Below are positions 36,984 through 48,151 of a stretch of 50,725 nucleotides of DNA, one piece after another. This DNA comes from Chthonomonadaceae bacterium. GTDB lineage: Bacteria > Armatimonadota > Chthonomonadetes > Chthonomonadales > Chthonomonadaceae. Both the position numbers and the translations under genes were made by a program. The stretch is taken from NCBI GenBank assembly GCA_035650735.1, contig DASRGZ010000156.1, positions 1-50,725 on the forward strand, given 5' to 3'. Position 1 is the stretch's first letter. The number at the start of each line of letters is the position of its first letter. The notes beneath the pieces were generated by a model. The model ran no database searches. It was not told the DNA's origin and saw only the letters and a list, made by a program, of their open reading frames with translations.

Positions 36984-39137
36984 TTAATGCGGCAGGTTAT
37001 TCCAGGCCACCAGCAGGCCGATGACCAGGGCGACCACGCCGACCAGCATCCCCAGCGCGTAGTTGCGGACGTAGCCGGTCTGTAGGCGGCGAGTCAATCC
37101 GCTGATGTAGGCGGTGCCTCCGGCCAGGCCCTTCACGAACAGGCCATCCACGATCCCGACATCAATGACCTTCCACAGGATGTTCGTGGCGAGCCAGCCG
37201 CCGATGGTGATGAAGATCGTGTTATACAGCCAGTCCCACCACCACTTGTTCAGCAGGAAGGTGTAGGGCGAAAGCGGGTTGCGCTCAAGTTGTACTTTCC
37301 TCTCCTCAGGAATGAGGTTGCCCGTTTTCATGTGCTGGCGGTACAGCATCGCGGCCAGGGCAACGCCAGCGATGGCGATCAGAGTGGAGACGACGTACCC
37401 GATCACCGGGGTTATCGGGCCGTGTCCCTCCTCCAGCCCGCCCAGGGACAGCGGCGCGACGGAAGGCTCCAGGAACCGCTCGAAATAGCCGGTCGGACCG
37501 AGCAGGCCGCCGGCCACCACCGAAAGAATCGCCAGGATAAAGAGCGGGATCATCATCGAGGGCGGCGACTCATGGATGCGCGTTGCCCCATGCTCCAGTT
37601 GATCATGGTGGGCGGCCTGTCCGGTCGTCTCTTCCTCATGGCCGACCATCGTGTCGTGCCCTTCGTGCTCGTCGGCAAAATTGTGGTGAGGATGGGCCAC
37701 CAGTTCATCCTCGTTATAGCGCGGCTCGGTATAGAACGTCTTCCACATCAGGCGGTTCATGTAGAAGGCCGTCATAAACGCCGTGACAACGCCGATGAGC
37801 CACAGAACCAGGCCGACCGAGGACCCGCCGCCCCAGGGCGCATTTGCGGCGCTGTGCAGGATCTCGTCCTTGCTCCAGAAGCCCGATAGCGGCGGAATCC
37901 CGGCGATGGCGTAGGTTCCGGTGATCATCACCAGCCAGGTCTTCGGGATTTTGTATCTCAGGCCGCCCATCTTGCGCATGTCCTGCTCGCCGAGCAGCGA
38001 GTGGATGACCGCGCCGGCGCCCAGGAACAGCAGCGCCTTGAAAAAGGCGTGCGTGGTGACGTGGAACATGCCCGCCGTGAAGTTGCCGACACCGCAGGCC
38101 AGGAACATATAGCCCAACTGCGAGATGGTCGAGAAGGCCAGCACGCGCTTGATGTCGTTCTGCACGAGGCCGATAGTCGCGCCCAGGAAGGCCGTCAAAA
38201 CCCCGATCCAGGCGACCACCTCCAGCGCCGTCGTAGACTGGACGAACAGCCAGGAGCAGCGCGTCACCATCACGACGCCCGCCGTGACCATCGTGGCGGC
38301 ATGGATGAGGGCGGAGACGGGCGTGGGGCCGGCCATCGCGTCCGGCAGCCAGACCCACAGCGGTATCTGCGCCGATTTGCCCGTCGCGCCGATAAAGAGC
38401 AGGATGCAGATGGCCGTGACAGCCGGCATGCCGAAAAAGCTGGGGGCCAGCGACAGAGGCATTCCGTTGGCCGCGATATGCTTTGCCGCAAGGTCCATCA
38501 CGCCCCGGCCATCGTGCGTGAAAAAGGAGAGCGTGCCGAACACGCTCCAGACCGCCATCATGCCCAGCGCGAAGCCCAGGTCGCCGACGCGATTGACGAT
38601 GAAGGCTTTGTTGCCCGCCTTGGCGTTCTCGTTATCTACGTACCAGAAGCTGATCAGCAGATAGGAACAGGTGCCGACGCCCTCCCACCCCACGAACATT
38701 AGCAGGAAGTTCTCGCCCAGCACCAGCAGCAGCATCATGAAGATGAACAGGTTAAAGTAGGTGAAGAAGCGGGGCTGTTCGGGGTCGTCGCCCATATAGC
38801 CGGTGGCGTAGATATGGATCAGCCCGCCGACGCCGGTGACGATCAGGGCCATCAGCAGCGAAAGCGGATCGATCAAGAGCGCAAAGTTGGACTGGAAGCC
38901 GCCGAACTTGATCCAGGGCGTATCTATCGAGCCCCAGGGCAACAGCGGCAGGATGAGGCGGTGCTCCGGCGCGGTATAGACTGCAGGCCAGATGAGCAGC
39001 GTGACCGCCAGCGAGAGCAGCACGGCCAGGCAGGAAACCCACGCCACTGCCATCTTGCCGGCCCTCTTGCCCAGGAAGGCATTGAAGAGAAAGCCCAGCA
39101 GCGGCAGCCAGACGATTAACCATGCAAGGGACGACAT
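36984..39137 (-). CDS. nuoL: NADH-quinone oxidoreductase subunit L
   Basis: FVGWEGVG, KAFIVNRVGD, GKSAQIPL..WLPDAMAGPTPVSALIHAATMV, HAFFKALLF. Confidence 0.96.
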   Translation of the reverse strand: MSSLAWLIVWLPLLGFLFNAFLGKRAGKMAVAWVSCLAVLLSLAVTLLIWPAVYTAPEHRLILPLLPWGSIDTPWIKFGGFQSNFALLIDPLSLLMALIVTGVGGLIHIYATGYMGDDPEQPRFFTYFNLFIFMMLLLVLGENFLLMFVGWEGVGTCSYLLISFWYVDNENAKAGNKAFIVNRVGDLGFALGMMAVWSVFGTLSFFTHDGRGVMDLAAKHIAANGMPLSLAPSFFGMPAVTAICILLFIGATGKSAQIPLWVWLPDAMAGPTPVSALIHAATMVTAGVVMVTRCSWLFVQSTTALEVVAWIGVLTAFLGATIGLVQNDIKRVLAFSTISQLGYMFLACGVGNFTAGMFHVTTHAFFKALLFLGAGAVIHSLLGEQDMRKMGGLRYKIPKTWLVMITGTYAIAGIPPLSGFWSKDEILHSAANAPWGGGSSVGLVLWLIGVVTAFMTAFYMNRLMWKTFYTEPRYNEDELVAHPHHNFADEHEGHDTMVGHEEETTGQAAHHDQLEHGATRIHESPPSMMIPLFILAILSVVAGGLLGPTGYFERFLEPSVAPLSLGGLEEGHGPITPVIGYVVSTLIAIAGVALAAMLYRQHMKTGNLIPEERKVQLERNPLSPYTFLLNKWWWDWLYNTIFITIGGWLATNILWKVIDVGIVDGLFVKGLAGGTAYISGLTRRLQTGYVRNYALGMLVGVVALVIGLLVAWNNLPH

Positions 39138-39195
39138 CGGGGCGCGCTCCTCAGCCCTCCATTCCCCTATGGGGCACGCTCCCGCATGAGAATGC

Positions 39196-39240
39196 CTCTC
39201 CCCTCTCCCGCAGCGTGGGAGAGGGGAAGGGGGTGAGGGC
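39196..39240. repeat. Family A palindromic repeat
   Basis: CTCTCCCCTCTCCCGCAGCGTGGGAGAGGGGAAGGGGGTGAGGGC. Confidence 0.85.
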
Positions 39241-39349
39241 GATGTTCACTCTAGTAGTCCATCCAGGTAGAACGTTGGCATAGCCTTGAGATAGATGGAA
39301 TGCTAGGCTTATCTCATTACTCATACAAACTTTCTACCTTGAAGGAGTA

Positions 39350-39652
39350 CTAGTATTTCATCAAGTTCACTTCGTCTATGTTGATCGTCTCTTTGGTGCG
39401 GAAGATGGCGACGATGATGCCCAGCCCCACTGAAACCTCCGCCGCCGCCACCGATAGCGCAAAAATAACGTACATCTGGCCGTTGACCTGCCCGAAATGG
39501 CGACCGAGCGCAATGAAGGATAGGTTGGCGGCGTTGAGCATCAGTTCGATGCACATAAAGATGACGATGGGATTGCGCTTGATCAGCACCCCGATAACGC
39601 CGATGGTAAACAGGATGCCGGAGAGTACCAGATAGTAAGAGGTCGGAACCAT
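39350..39652 (-). CDS. nuoK: NADH-quinone oxidoreductase subunit K
   Basis: MCIELMLNAAN, VAAAEVSVGLGI; 100 aa. Confidence 0.96.
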   Translation of the reverse strand: MVPTSYYLVLSGILFTIGVIGVLIKRNPIVIFMCIELMLNAANLSFIALGRHFGQVNGQMYVIFALSVAAAEVSVGLGIIVAIFRTKETINIDEVNLMKY

Positions 39653-39672
39653 GGTTGAGACGTCCTTAACGT

Positions 39673-40185
39673 TTACACCCTGCGCTTGGCCATGATGATC
39701 GCGCCGACGATGGCGACCAGCAGCAGAATAGAGGTCACCTCAAAGGGAAACAGCCAGGGCAGCGTCGGCGCGAAGAGGTTCAGCCCCACGCTCTGGACGG
39801 TGCCCAGGTCGGGATTGGCCGGGGCCGCCGGGCGCGGCACCCGGATCAGCGACTCGGAGCCGAGCAGGGCGATGATAAAGAGCAGACCTAACCCTACGGC
39901 GGCGAAAGGCTGGATCGTTCCGCGCTCCCGCAGGGCCTGCGGCGCTCCCAGATTGAGGAGCATGATGACGAACAGGAACAGCACCATGATGGCCCCCGCG
40001 TAGACGATGATCTGGATGGCGGCGATGAACTGCGCCGTTAGCGCCAGGTACAGGACGGCCACGCACAGGAACGTCGCCACCAGGAAGAGGGCGCTGCGGA
40101 CGGGATTGCGGTTGGCGACCATCAGGATCGCCGCGACCACCGAGATCACGGCCATGATCCAGAAGATGATAGGCTCAGCGATCAT
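39673..40185 (-). CDS. nuoJ: NADH-quinone oxidoreductase subunit J
   Basis: NPVRSAL, QIIVYAGAIMVLFLFVIMLL, FPFEVTSILLLVA. Confidence 0.95.
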   Translation of the reverse strand: MIAEPIIFWIMAVISVVAAILMVANRNPVRSALFLVATFLCVAVLYLALTAQFIAAIQIIVYAGAIMVLFLFVIMLLNLGAPQALRERGTIQPFAAVGLGLLFIIALLGSESLIRVPRPAAPANPDLGTVQSVGLNLFAPTLPWLFPFEVTSILLLVAIVGAIIMAKRRV

Positions 40186-40200
40186 AGGCGTTTGCTATCC

Positions 40201-41445
40201 TCATGGTTTGGTTGCCGGCGGCGCGGCGGCGCTGAGGGTCGGCAGCGGCGCGGGCGCGGAGGCGGCGCGCGGGGCCGGAGCCGCCTGCGCCTGTACGGGC
40301 GGCACGGGCCGGGCGGCGGTCGCGTTAATCGGCTGGAAATAGAGGGTCACGACCGCCATGACGAACAGCCAGACCAGCGCGAGCGGCAGCATCCGCTTCC
40401 AGCCCAGGGCCATCAGGGCGTCGTAGCGCAGGCGCGGCAGCGTGGCCCGCAGCCAGACATAGAAGAAGATGCCGAACATCACCTTGCCGACAAACCAGAT
40501 CCAGCCCGGTATCCAGGTGAATGGCACGATGTTAAGCGGCGGCAGCCACCCGCCCCAGAACATGGCGGCGTTCAGCCCGCTGATGGTCAGCATCGCCGCG
40601 TACTCGCCCATGAAGAACATCGCAAACTTCATGGAGGAGAACTCGGTATGGAACCCGGCGATCAACTCCGACTCGGCTTCCGGCAGGTCGAAGGGGGCGC
40701 GGTTGGTTTCGGCGATCATGGCGATGGTGAAGATGCTGACCGGGACGAAGAGGCTGCGCAGCCAGTACCAGGAGAAGATGCTGCCGCGCAGCCACTCAAA
40801 GCCGGAATGGATGCCGGGCGGCAGCACGTTCTGGGTCGCCACGATGCTGTCGAGGTTGAGCGAGCCGGCCATGACGATCACGCACAGCAGCGACAACCCC
40901 ATAGACAGCTCGTAGCTGATGAGTTGAGCGGAACCGCGTAAGCCGCCCAGCAGCGAGTACTTGTTGTTGGACGACCAGCCGGCCAGCACGACGCCGTAGA
41001 CCGCTAGAGAGGACATGGCCAGTATGTAGAGCAGGCCGATGTTGACGTTGCCCACCATCAGCGGCATCTGATAGGTGGTTCCGTCGGGACGCTCGAAGGT
41101 GAGCCGCTGTAGGGGCAGCACTGCGCCGCCCGCCAGTGCCGGGATCATGGAGATGACCGGCGCCAGGTAGTAGATGCGGATATCCACGCTGCGGGGACGG
41201 AAATCCTCTTTGAAGAAGAGCTTGACGCCGTCGGCGATGGTTTGCAGCAGGCCGCGCGGCCCCACCCGGTTCGGCCCCGAACGGTCCTGCATCAGCGCAA
41301 TGACCACGCGCTCGATCCAGATCAGCCCCGGCACGATAGCCAGGATGAACACGATGATGCCCAGCAGCGCCACGTAGGGCACAAGGCTAGGCAGGTGGAT
41401 GCCCGCCCAATATTCGGGAAAGATAATGGCAACTTGTCCGAGCAT
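40201..41445 (-). CDS. nuoH: NADH-quinone oxidoreductase subunit H
   Basis: QDRSGPNRVGPRGLLQTIADGVKL, AETNRAPFDLPEAESEL, LPRLRYD. Start 41445 (GGAG RBS) or 41457. Confidence 0.96.
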   Translation of the reverse strand: MLGQVAIIFPEYWAGIHLPSLVPYVALLGIIVFILAIVPGLIWIERVVIALMQDRSGPNRVGPRGLLQTIADGVKLFFKEDFRPRSVDIRIYYLAPVISMIPALAGGAVLPLQRLTFERPDGTTYQMPLMVGNVNIGLLYILAMSSLAVYGVVLAGWSSNNKYSLLGGLRGSAQLISYELSMGLSLLCVIVMAGSLNLDSIVATQNVLPPGIHSGFEWLRGSIFSWYWLRSLFVPVSIFTIAMIAETNRAPFDLPEAESELIAGFHTEFSSMKFAMFFMGEYAAMLTISGLNAAMFWGGWLPPLNIVPFTWIPGWIWFVGKVMFGIFFYVWLRATLPRLRYDALMALGWKRMLPLALVWLFVMAVVTLYFQPINATAARPVPPVQAQAAPAPRAASAPAPLPTLSAAAPPATKP

Positions 41446-41463
41446 AATCGCTCCCATTATTCC

Positions 41464-41590
41464 AACAGGATTTACAGGATCAAAACAGGATTTCTAATAC
41501 CAATCCAACCGAGCACCTATTCCCCTTTTCCTCTGTTTCAAGGCTTTTGTCTTCATCCTGTAAATCCTGAGAAATCCTGTGCATCCGGTT
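41464..41590. repeat. Palindromic repeat, family B variant (ACAGGAT/ATCCTGT), between nuoG and nuoH
   Basis: AACAGGATTTACAGGAT..ACAGGAT pairs with ATCCTGTAAATCCTG..ATCCTGT..ATCCGGTT. Confidence 0.8.
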
Positions 41591-41604
41591 GAGGTTTTTG
41601 GCTT

Positions 41605-43863
41605 TTAACCTTGTTTGGCCTCGGTTCCAGGATAGTGCCAGCGGATGCCGGACTCGCCCAGGTTGCGCGGCGTGATGCCCGCGTAGATCGGCACGTTGGC
41701 GGCGATGTCGCGCAGGATGTCGCGGGCCGAGAAGTAGGGCGTGCTGCGCGCCATCTGCGCGGCCACCTCCGCAAAGACCAGCCAGTCCGGCTTGATCTCC
41801 GGCGAGATGTCGAACGCCTTGTAAATCCGCTGGATGCGCCGCTCGCAATTGGTATAGGTGCCGTCCTTTTCGGCGACGCTGGCCACCGGCAGCACCAGAT
41901 CGGCCAACCGCGCCGTCTCGGTCAGCGTCAATTCGTTGACGACCACGAAGGGGCAGTTCTCCAGGGCACGGCGGGCCAGGTCGGGATCGAAATATTTCTC
42001 CACTAGCTTAGCGCCGACGATCCAGAGGGCTTGCAGTTGGCCGTTCGCGGCGGCCTGGAGCATCTGCTGCGTGCTCATGCCCGGCGCGTCCAGCGGGCGG
42101 TAGCCGGGGCCGCAATCGGGCAGGACGCCCATATCCATCGCGCCCTGCGTGTTGCACTCCAGGCCGGGAATATTGAGATTACCGACGTTGCCCGTCGCCA
42201 CGATCAGGTTGCCGAGGGCGGCGGCGATGTCCGTATACTGTGGATGCTCGGTAACCGTCGCGCCCGCCAGGATCGCCATCGGGCCGTTTGCCAGGAGGCG
42301 CGCCGCCTGCCGGATGGCATCGGCGCTCACGCCCGTCTCCTGCCCCGCCCGATCCGGAGTCCAGTCTGCCACGCCCTTTTGCAGCGCGCTCAGGTCGGCA
42401 GTCGGGTTCTCCGGCAGCAGCTTCTCCGCGAAGAGCACGTTCAAGAGGCCGTTGAGCAGGGCGATCTCCGTGCCGGGCTTATAGATCATCTCCACCTCGG
42501 CGAAGTCGCCGACGCGGGTGGTGTCCTCCTCGATGTACGTGACCGCATTGACGACATGCGCCCCCTTGAACCGCCACGCCTTACGCACGCGCAGGAAAAT
42601 AATGGGCTGCTCGTCCACCAGGTCGGAGCCGAGGACGAAGATCGTCTTCATGTTCTCCAGGTCGGCAATCGCGTTGCCCATGCCGTGATAGCCGAAGCGC
42701 GCATAAAGCGGTTGGTCGGTCGGCCCCTGGTAGCGGCCCAGGCGCGAGTCGATATTGTTGCTCTTGAGCACTTCGCGGAACAGCTTCTGGAAGAGGTAGT
42801 TGTCCTCATTGGTGCAGCGCTGTCCGCCGATGCCGCCGACGTTCGGGCCTGCCGCGCGCAGCTTCTCCACGATCAGGTCGTAGGCTTGCGTCCAGTCAAT
42901 AGGCACGAACTGGCCATTACGCTTGAGCATGGGCCTCTGGAGGCGGTCGGCGGAGGAGACGTACTCATGGCCGAACTTGCCCTTGTCGCAGGTCCACTCC
43001 TCGTTGACCTCCTCGTTGAGGCGGGCGTTGACGCGCTGGAGTTCATTGAGGCGGTAGTCAATCTTAATATTGCAGCCGTTGGAGCATTTGGAGCAGACCG
43101 AGCGCTGCGTGTGCAGGTCCCAGGGCCGGGCCTTGAAGCGGTAAGTGCGCGAGAGCAACGCGCCGACCGGGCAAAGCTCGATGACGTTGCCGCTGAACTT
43201 GCTCTTGTAGGCGGTTTGGGCGAAGGTGCCGACCTCCATGTCCGCGCCGCGCTTGAGGAAGCCAAGCTGCGAGTCGCCGCTGATGTCCTCGGTGAAGCGG
43301 GTGCAGCGGGCGCAGTGGATGCAGCGCTCCCGGTCGAAGACGACGTAATCCGAGAGCGGATAGGCTTTCGGGAAGTGGCGCTTCTCCTCGATGTAGCGGC
43401 TGGTGGGCGGGCCGTAGAAGAGCGTGTTATTCTGGAGAGGGCACTCGCCGCCCCGGTCGCAGATGGGGCAGTCCAGCGGGTGGTTGATGAGCAGGAATTC
43501 GAGAACGCCGCGCCGGTCTTTGACGACCTGCTCACTTTCAGTCTCGATCACCATGCCGTCGGCAGCCGGGAGCGTGCAGGCGGTCTGCGGCTTGGGCATT
43601 TTCGCCAGGACGACGCTGCCATCGGGGTTCTTGCGCGGCATGGAGACATCCACCAGGCACATGCGGCAGTTGGCAGCGTCCCCTTTGGAAAGGCGGGGAT
43701 GGTAACAGAAAAAGGGAATATCTATGCCGACGCGCTTGGCCGACTCGATGATGTTCTCGTTCTTAGGCACCTTGACTTCGATGCCATCTATCTTAACGGT
43801 GACCAGATCAGGAGACTCGGGATTGAGCGATGCCTCGGTTTGCGTCAGTCTATTGGCGGACAT
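41605..43863 (-). CDS. nuoG: NADH-quinone oxidoreductase subunit G
   Basis: FCYHPRL..CRMCLV, HPLDCPICDRGGEC, RCIHCARC..CPVGAL, and CSKCSNGC..C (N7-type) motifs. Confidence 0.96.
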   Translation of the reverse strand: MSANRLTQTEASLNPESPDLVTVKIDGIEVKVPKNENIIESAKRVGIDIPFFCYHPRLSKGDAANCRMCLVDVSMPRKNPDGSVVLAKMPKPQTACTLPAADGMVIETESEQVVKDRRGVLEFLLINHPLDCPICDRGGECPLQNNTLFYGPPTSRYIEEKRHFPKAYPLSDYVVFDRERCIHCARCTRFTEDISGDSQLGFLKRGADMEVGTFAQTAYKSKFSGNVIELCPVGALLSRTYRFKARPWDLHTQRSVCSKCSNGCNIKIDYRLNELQRVNARLNEEVNEEWTCDKGKFGHEYVSSADRLQRPMLKRNGQFVPIDWTQAYDLIVEKLRAAGPNVGGIGGQRCTNEDNYLFQKLFREVLKSNNIDSRLGRYQGPTDQPLYARFGYHGMGNAIADLENMKTIFVLGSDLVDEQPIIFLRVRKAWRFKGAHVVNAVTYIEEDTTRVGDFAEVEMIYKPGTEIALLNGLLNVLFAEKLLPENPTADLSALQKGVADWTPDRAGQETGVSADAIRQAARLLANGPMAILAGATVTEHPQYTDIAAALGNLIVATGNVGNLNIPGLECNTQGAMDMGVLPDCGPGYRPLDAPGMSTQQMLQAAANGQLQALWIVGAKLVEKYFDPDLARRALENCPFVVVNELTLTETARLADLVLPVASVAEKDGTYTNCERRIQRIYKAFDISPEIKPDWLVFAEVAAQMARSTPYFSARDILRDIAANVPIYAGITPRNLGESGIRWHYPGTEAKQG

Positions 43864-43948
43864 AGAAGGCTTTACCTCGTGATAAGGCGGGCGGAGGTTG
43901 CATGGCCCGTTTCGCGTATAAGTTTACCGTATTTGCGCCGGGAAAAAG

Positions 43949-45283
43949 CTACGCTGGCGTCAGCGTTAGCAGCGGGTTAAGCACCTCCGGGGTCGGTGGG
44001 ACATGGCCGGGGCCGACCGGCGAGCGCTTGTGCTCGATCCAGTATTCAAATTCGGGGCGGAAGCGCTTGATGGCCGCGACGATGGGCCAGGCCGCCGCGT
44101 CGCCCAGGCCGCAGTAGGAACGCCCGTCAATCTGGCCGCAGATGTCGAGCAGCAGGTCAATGTCGCCGGGCTGCCCGCCGCCGGAGGTGATGCGGTCGAG
44201 TATCTTATACATCCAGCGCGTGCCTTCGCGGCAGGGCGTGCACTTCCCACAGGACTCGTGCATGTAGAACTCGGCGGTGCGCTTCATCAGCAGCACGATA
44301 TCCGTCTTATCGTTGAGAACCATGAAGCCGCCGGAGCCGAGCAGCGTGCCGTTGGCCTGGCAGCTTTCATAATCGAGATTAACGTTGGGGCACTGCTCGG
44401 CGGGCACGATCTGCACGGACGACCCGCCAGGAATGACGGCCTTGAGCTGGCCGCCCGTGACGCCGCCCGCGATCTCGATCAACTCCATCAGTGGCGTGCC
44501 CAACTCGATCTCGTAGTTGGCGGGCCTGGCGATATGCCCGCTGACGGACATGATCTTGGAGCCTTTGCTCTTCTCTGTGCCGTACTTGGCGTACTCTGCG
44601 CCGCTGTGGGCCAGAATCCAGGTCGCCGCGCAGTAGGTCTCCACGTTGTTAATCAGCGTCGGCGCCTTCCAGACGCCCTCGACGACCGGCAGAGGGGCGT
44701 GCGGGGCCTTGAGGCGGGGATTGCCGCGCTCGCCCATCAGGCTGCTCATCAGCGCCGACTCCTCGCCGCACTCGTAGCTGCCCGCGCCCAGGTGGATATA
44801 GAGATCGTAATCGAAGCCCTCGACGCCGAGAATGTTCTTGCCCAGGTAGCCCTTCTCGTAGGCCTGATCAATGGCCTTGCGGACCTGCCAGGCTGGCTCC
44901 ACGTACTCCCCGCGAATATAGATGTAGCCCTTCTTGCTGTAGGTGGCGTATCCGGCGATGATCATGCCTTCCACCAGCAGATGGGCCAGCTTGAGCATCA
45001 GTTCGCGGTCTTTATACGTGCCAGGCTCGCCTTCGTCGGCATTACAGATGACATAATGGGGTTTATCGTAGTTTTTGGGCAAACCGTTCCATTTGATCCA
45101 GGTGGGGAAGCCGGCGCCGCCGCGCCCGCGCAGGCCGGAGGTCTTGATCTCGTCTACGACCGCCTGCCGCTCCAACAAAATGGCCCGGCGCAGCCCAGCG
45201 TACCCGCCGTGCTGTTCATAGACGTCTATCTCTTCGATATTGGGAACGTCGCGGTGCTCAAACAGAAGGTTCAGGATAGCCAT
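43949..45283 (-). CDS. nuoF: NADH-quinone oxidoreductase subunit F
   Basis: GLRGRGGAGFP, CNADEGEPGT, YECGEE, ESCGKCTPCREG. Confidence 0.97.
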   Translation of the reverse strand: MAILNLLFEHRDVPNIEEIDVYEQHGGYAGLRRAILLERQAVVDEIKTSGLRGRGGAGFPTWIKWNGLPKNYDKPHYVICNADEGEPGTYKDRELMLKLAHLLVEGMIIAGYATYSKKGYIYIRGEYVEPAWQVRKAIDQAYEKGYLGKNILGVEGFDYDLYIHLGAGSYECGEESALMSSLMGERGNPRLKAPHAPLPVVEGVWKAPTLINNVETYCAATWILAHSGAEYAKYGTEKSKGSKIMSVSGHIARPANYEIELGTPLMELIEIAGGVTGGQLKAVIPGGSSVQIVPAEQCPNVNLDYESCQANGTLLGSGGFMVLNDKTDIVLLMKRTAEFYMHESCGKCTPCREGTRWMYKILDRITSGGGQPGDIDLLLDICGQIDGRSYCGLGDAAAWPIVAAIKRFRPEFEYWIEHKRSPVGPGHVPPTPEVLNPLLTLTPA

Positions 45284-45296
45284 AGATGTGCAACCC

Positions 45297-45932
45297 TTAC
45301 GGCTTATAGCTGCCGCCGCCGGTTCGGCTGGTGCCGGGAATATGAATCTTGACGATGGCGTCGGCGAGTTTGGCGGGCGTATAGTCGTCGCTGTTGCGCA
45401 GCGTCTCGATCAACTCCATCACGTTGTCGGGCGTAAGGTTGGTAAAGTACTTGTCCCCGACCTGCATGACCGTCGCCGCGCCGCAGAAGTCCAGGCATTC
45501 GACCTCGGAGAGCGTGAAAGCGCCGTCCGCCGTCGTGCCGCCCACCTCGACGCCGAGTTCATGTTCCAGCTTATGCACCACGTCATACGCGCCCTTGACC
45601 GCGCAGGTCAGGCAGGTGCAGACCTCCAGATGATGCTTCCCGCGCGGGCGCAGGTTGTACATGGTGTAGAACGTCGCGACGCCCTCGACCTCCGCATACG
45701 ACAGGCCCAGGCGGTCGGCGACCTCCTGAATGGCGGCGGGCGTCAGAGAGCCGCCGTACTCGCGCTGCGCGATCCAGAGGCCGGGCAGACAGGCCGCTTT
45801 GCGCTCCGGGTAGTGCGAGGCGATCTCTTCCAACTCCGCGATGGCCTGCGCGGAGAAACGCTGTTCTTTTTCCGGTGCGGGCTGCGGCTCGTTCGGCCCA
45901 CCCGCCACCGGGCTTGCGGGAGACGTCGTCAT
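45297..45932 (-). CDS. nuoE: NADH-quinone oxidoreductase subunit E
   Basis: VATFYTMY, VCTCLTC, ECLDFC 2Fe-2S ligands. Confidence 0.94.
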   Translation of the reverse strand: MTTSPASPVAGGPNEPQPAPEKEQRFSAQAIAELEEIASHYPERKAACLPGLWIAQREYGGSLTPAAIQEVADRLGLSYAEVEGVATFYTMYNLRPRGKHHLEVCTCLTCAVKGAYDVVHKLEHELGVEVGGTTADGAFTLSEVECLDFCGAATVMQVGDKYFTNLTPDNVMELIETLRNSDDYTPAKLADAIVKIHIPGTSRTGGGSYKP

Positions 45933-45949
45933 TCGGTTTATCCTTCAGG

Positions 45950-45996
45950 CCCCCCTCCCCCTGTTCTTGGGGGGGAGGGGACGGGGAGTAGAGGGC
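45950..45996. repeat. Family A-related GC hairpin between nuoD and nuoE
   Basis: CCCCCCTCCCCCTGTTCTTGGGGGGGAGGGG..GAGGGC; resembles 3907-3940. Confidence 0.7.
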
Positions 45997-45999
45997 TAA

Positions 46000-47244
<1,245 letters not shown>

Positions 47245-47247
47245 TGA

Positions 47248-47424
47248 CCTAACCCCCCGGCCCCCTTCCCTACGAGGGAAGGGGGTGACACAGTCGGGTA
47301 CATTCTCTTGCAGGCTCGCTTTCCCGCCAAGCGGGACAAATCGTTGGTACGAAGGAAGACGCTGCCGACACTCCCTTCCCTAGCGAGCCTGCGAGCGAGC
47401 AGGGAAGGGGGCCGGGGGGTTAGG
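47248..47424. repeat. Inverted pair of family A repeats between nuoC and nuoD
   Basis: CCTAACCCCCCGGCCCCCTTCCCT at 47248 and its reverse complement ending at 47424. Confidence 0.88.
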
Positions 47425-48139
47425 TCCCTCCCACTTCCTTGCCAGGAGGTGGAAGCTGCGTCCCCGGCCCGCTGTCCGGCGTCGGCGTGCGCGAATGGCG
47501 GTAGAACTCGCCCTGCGTGTCGCCGGTCTTGCCGTAGAACGATTCGCCGGGGTGCTGCACCGGGACTTCACCGACCGACGGGCCGTACTTGCCGCCGGGG
47601 AACTGCACGCGCTCGCCGCCGAGCGGATAGTCTTTGCGCTGTGGATGGCCCACCCAGTCGTCCGACATGAAGATGCGGCGCAGATCGGGATGCCCGCTGA
47701 AGCGGATGCCGAAGAAATCGTAGATCTCGCGCTCCGGGAAGCCCGCCCCCGCATAGACGCCGGTGACGCTCGGCACGACCGGGTCATCCTCCGGTACGGG
47801 GACTTTCAGGAAGATGCGCCGGTTCTTGCCGACCGTCTGCCCCTCCTTCTCGTACTGCACCGAGTAGAGATTGTAGACGACCTCGAACCGATAGTCTTCG
47901 CGGTAGTCCAGATAGTCTACGCCGAGGCACTCGGAGAAGAAATTGTACTGCAGGTCGGGATCGTCGCGCATCAGGCGGCATATCTCGACGATATACTCCC
48001 GCTTGACCATGATCCGCGTATCGCCCCGGAACGTGTTCACATCGAGGAGGGCGTCGGGGAACTTCTCGCGGATTTTCTGCACTTCCAGCCGCTCGGCTTC
48101 CGGTTCGGCGGCGGGCGGCGGGGCGGTCTGCTGCGTCAT
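47420..48139 (-). CDS. nuoC: NADH-quinone oxidoreductase subunit C
   Basis: RFEVVYNL, EREIYDFFGIRFSGHPDLRRI..GHPQRKDYP. Confidence 0.95.
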   Translation of the reverse strand: MTQQTAPPPAAEPEAERLEVQKIREKFPDALLDVNTFRGDTRIMVKREYIVEICRLMRDDPDLQYNFFSECLGVDYLDYREDYRFEVVYNLYSVQYEKEGQTVGKNRRIFLKVPVPEDDPVVPSVTGVYAGAGFPEREIYDFFGIRFSGHPDLRRIFMSDDWVGHPQRKDYPLGGERVQFPGGKYGPSVGEVPVQHPGESFYGKTGDTQGEFYRHSRTPTPDSGPGTQLPPPGKEVGGT

Positions 48140-48151
48140 AAGAGCCTGCTC

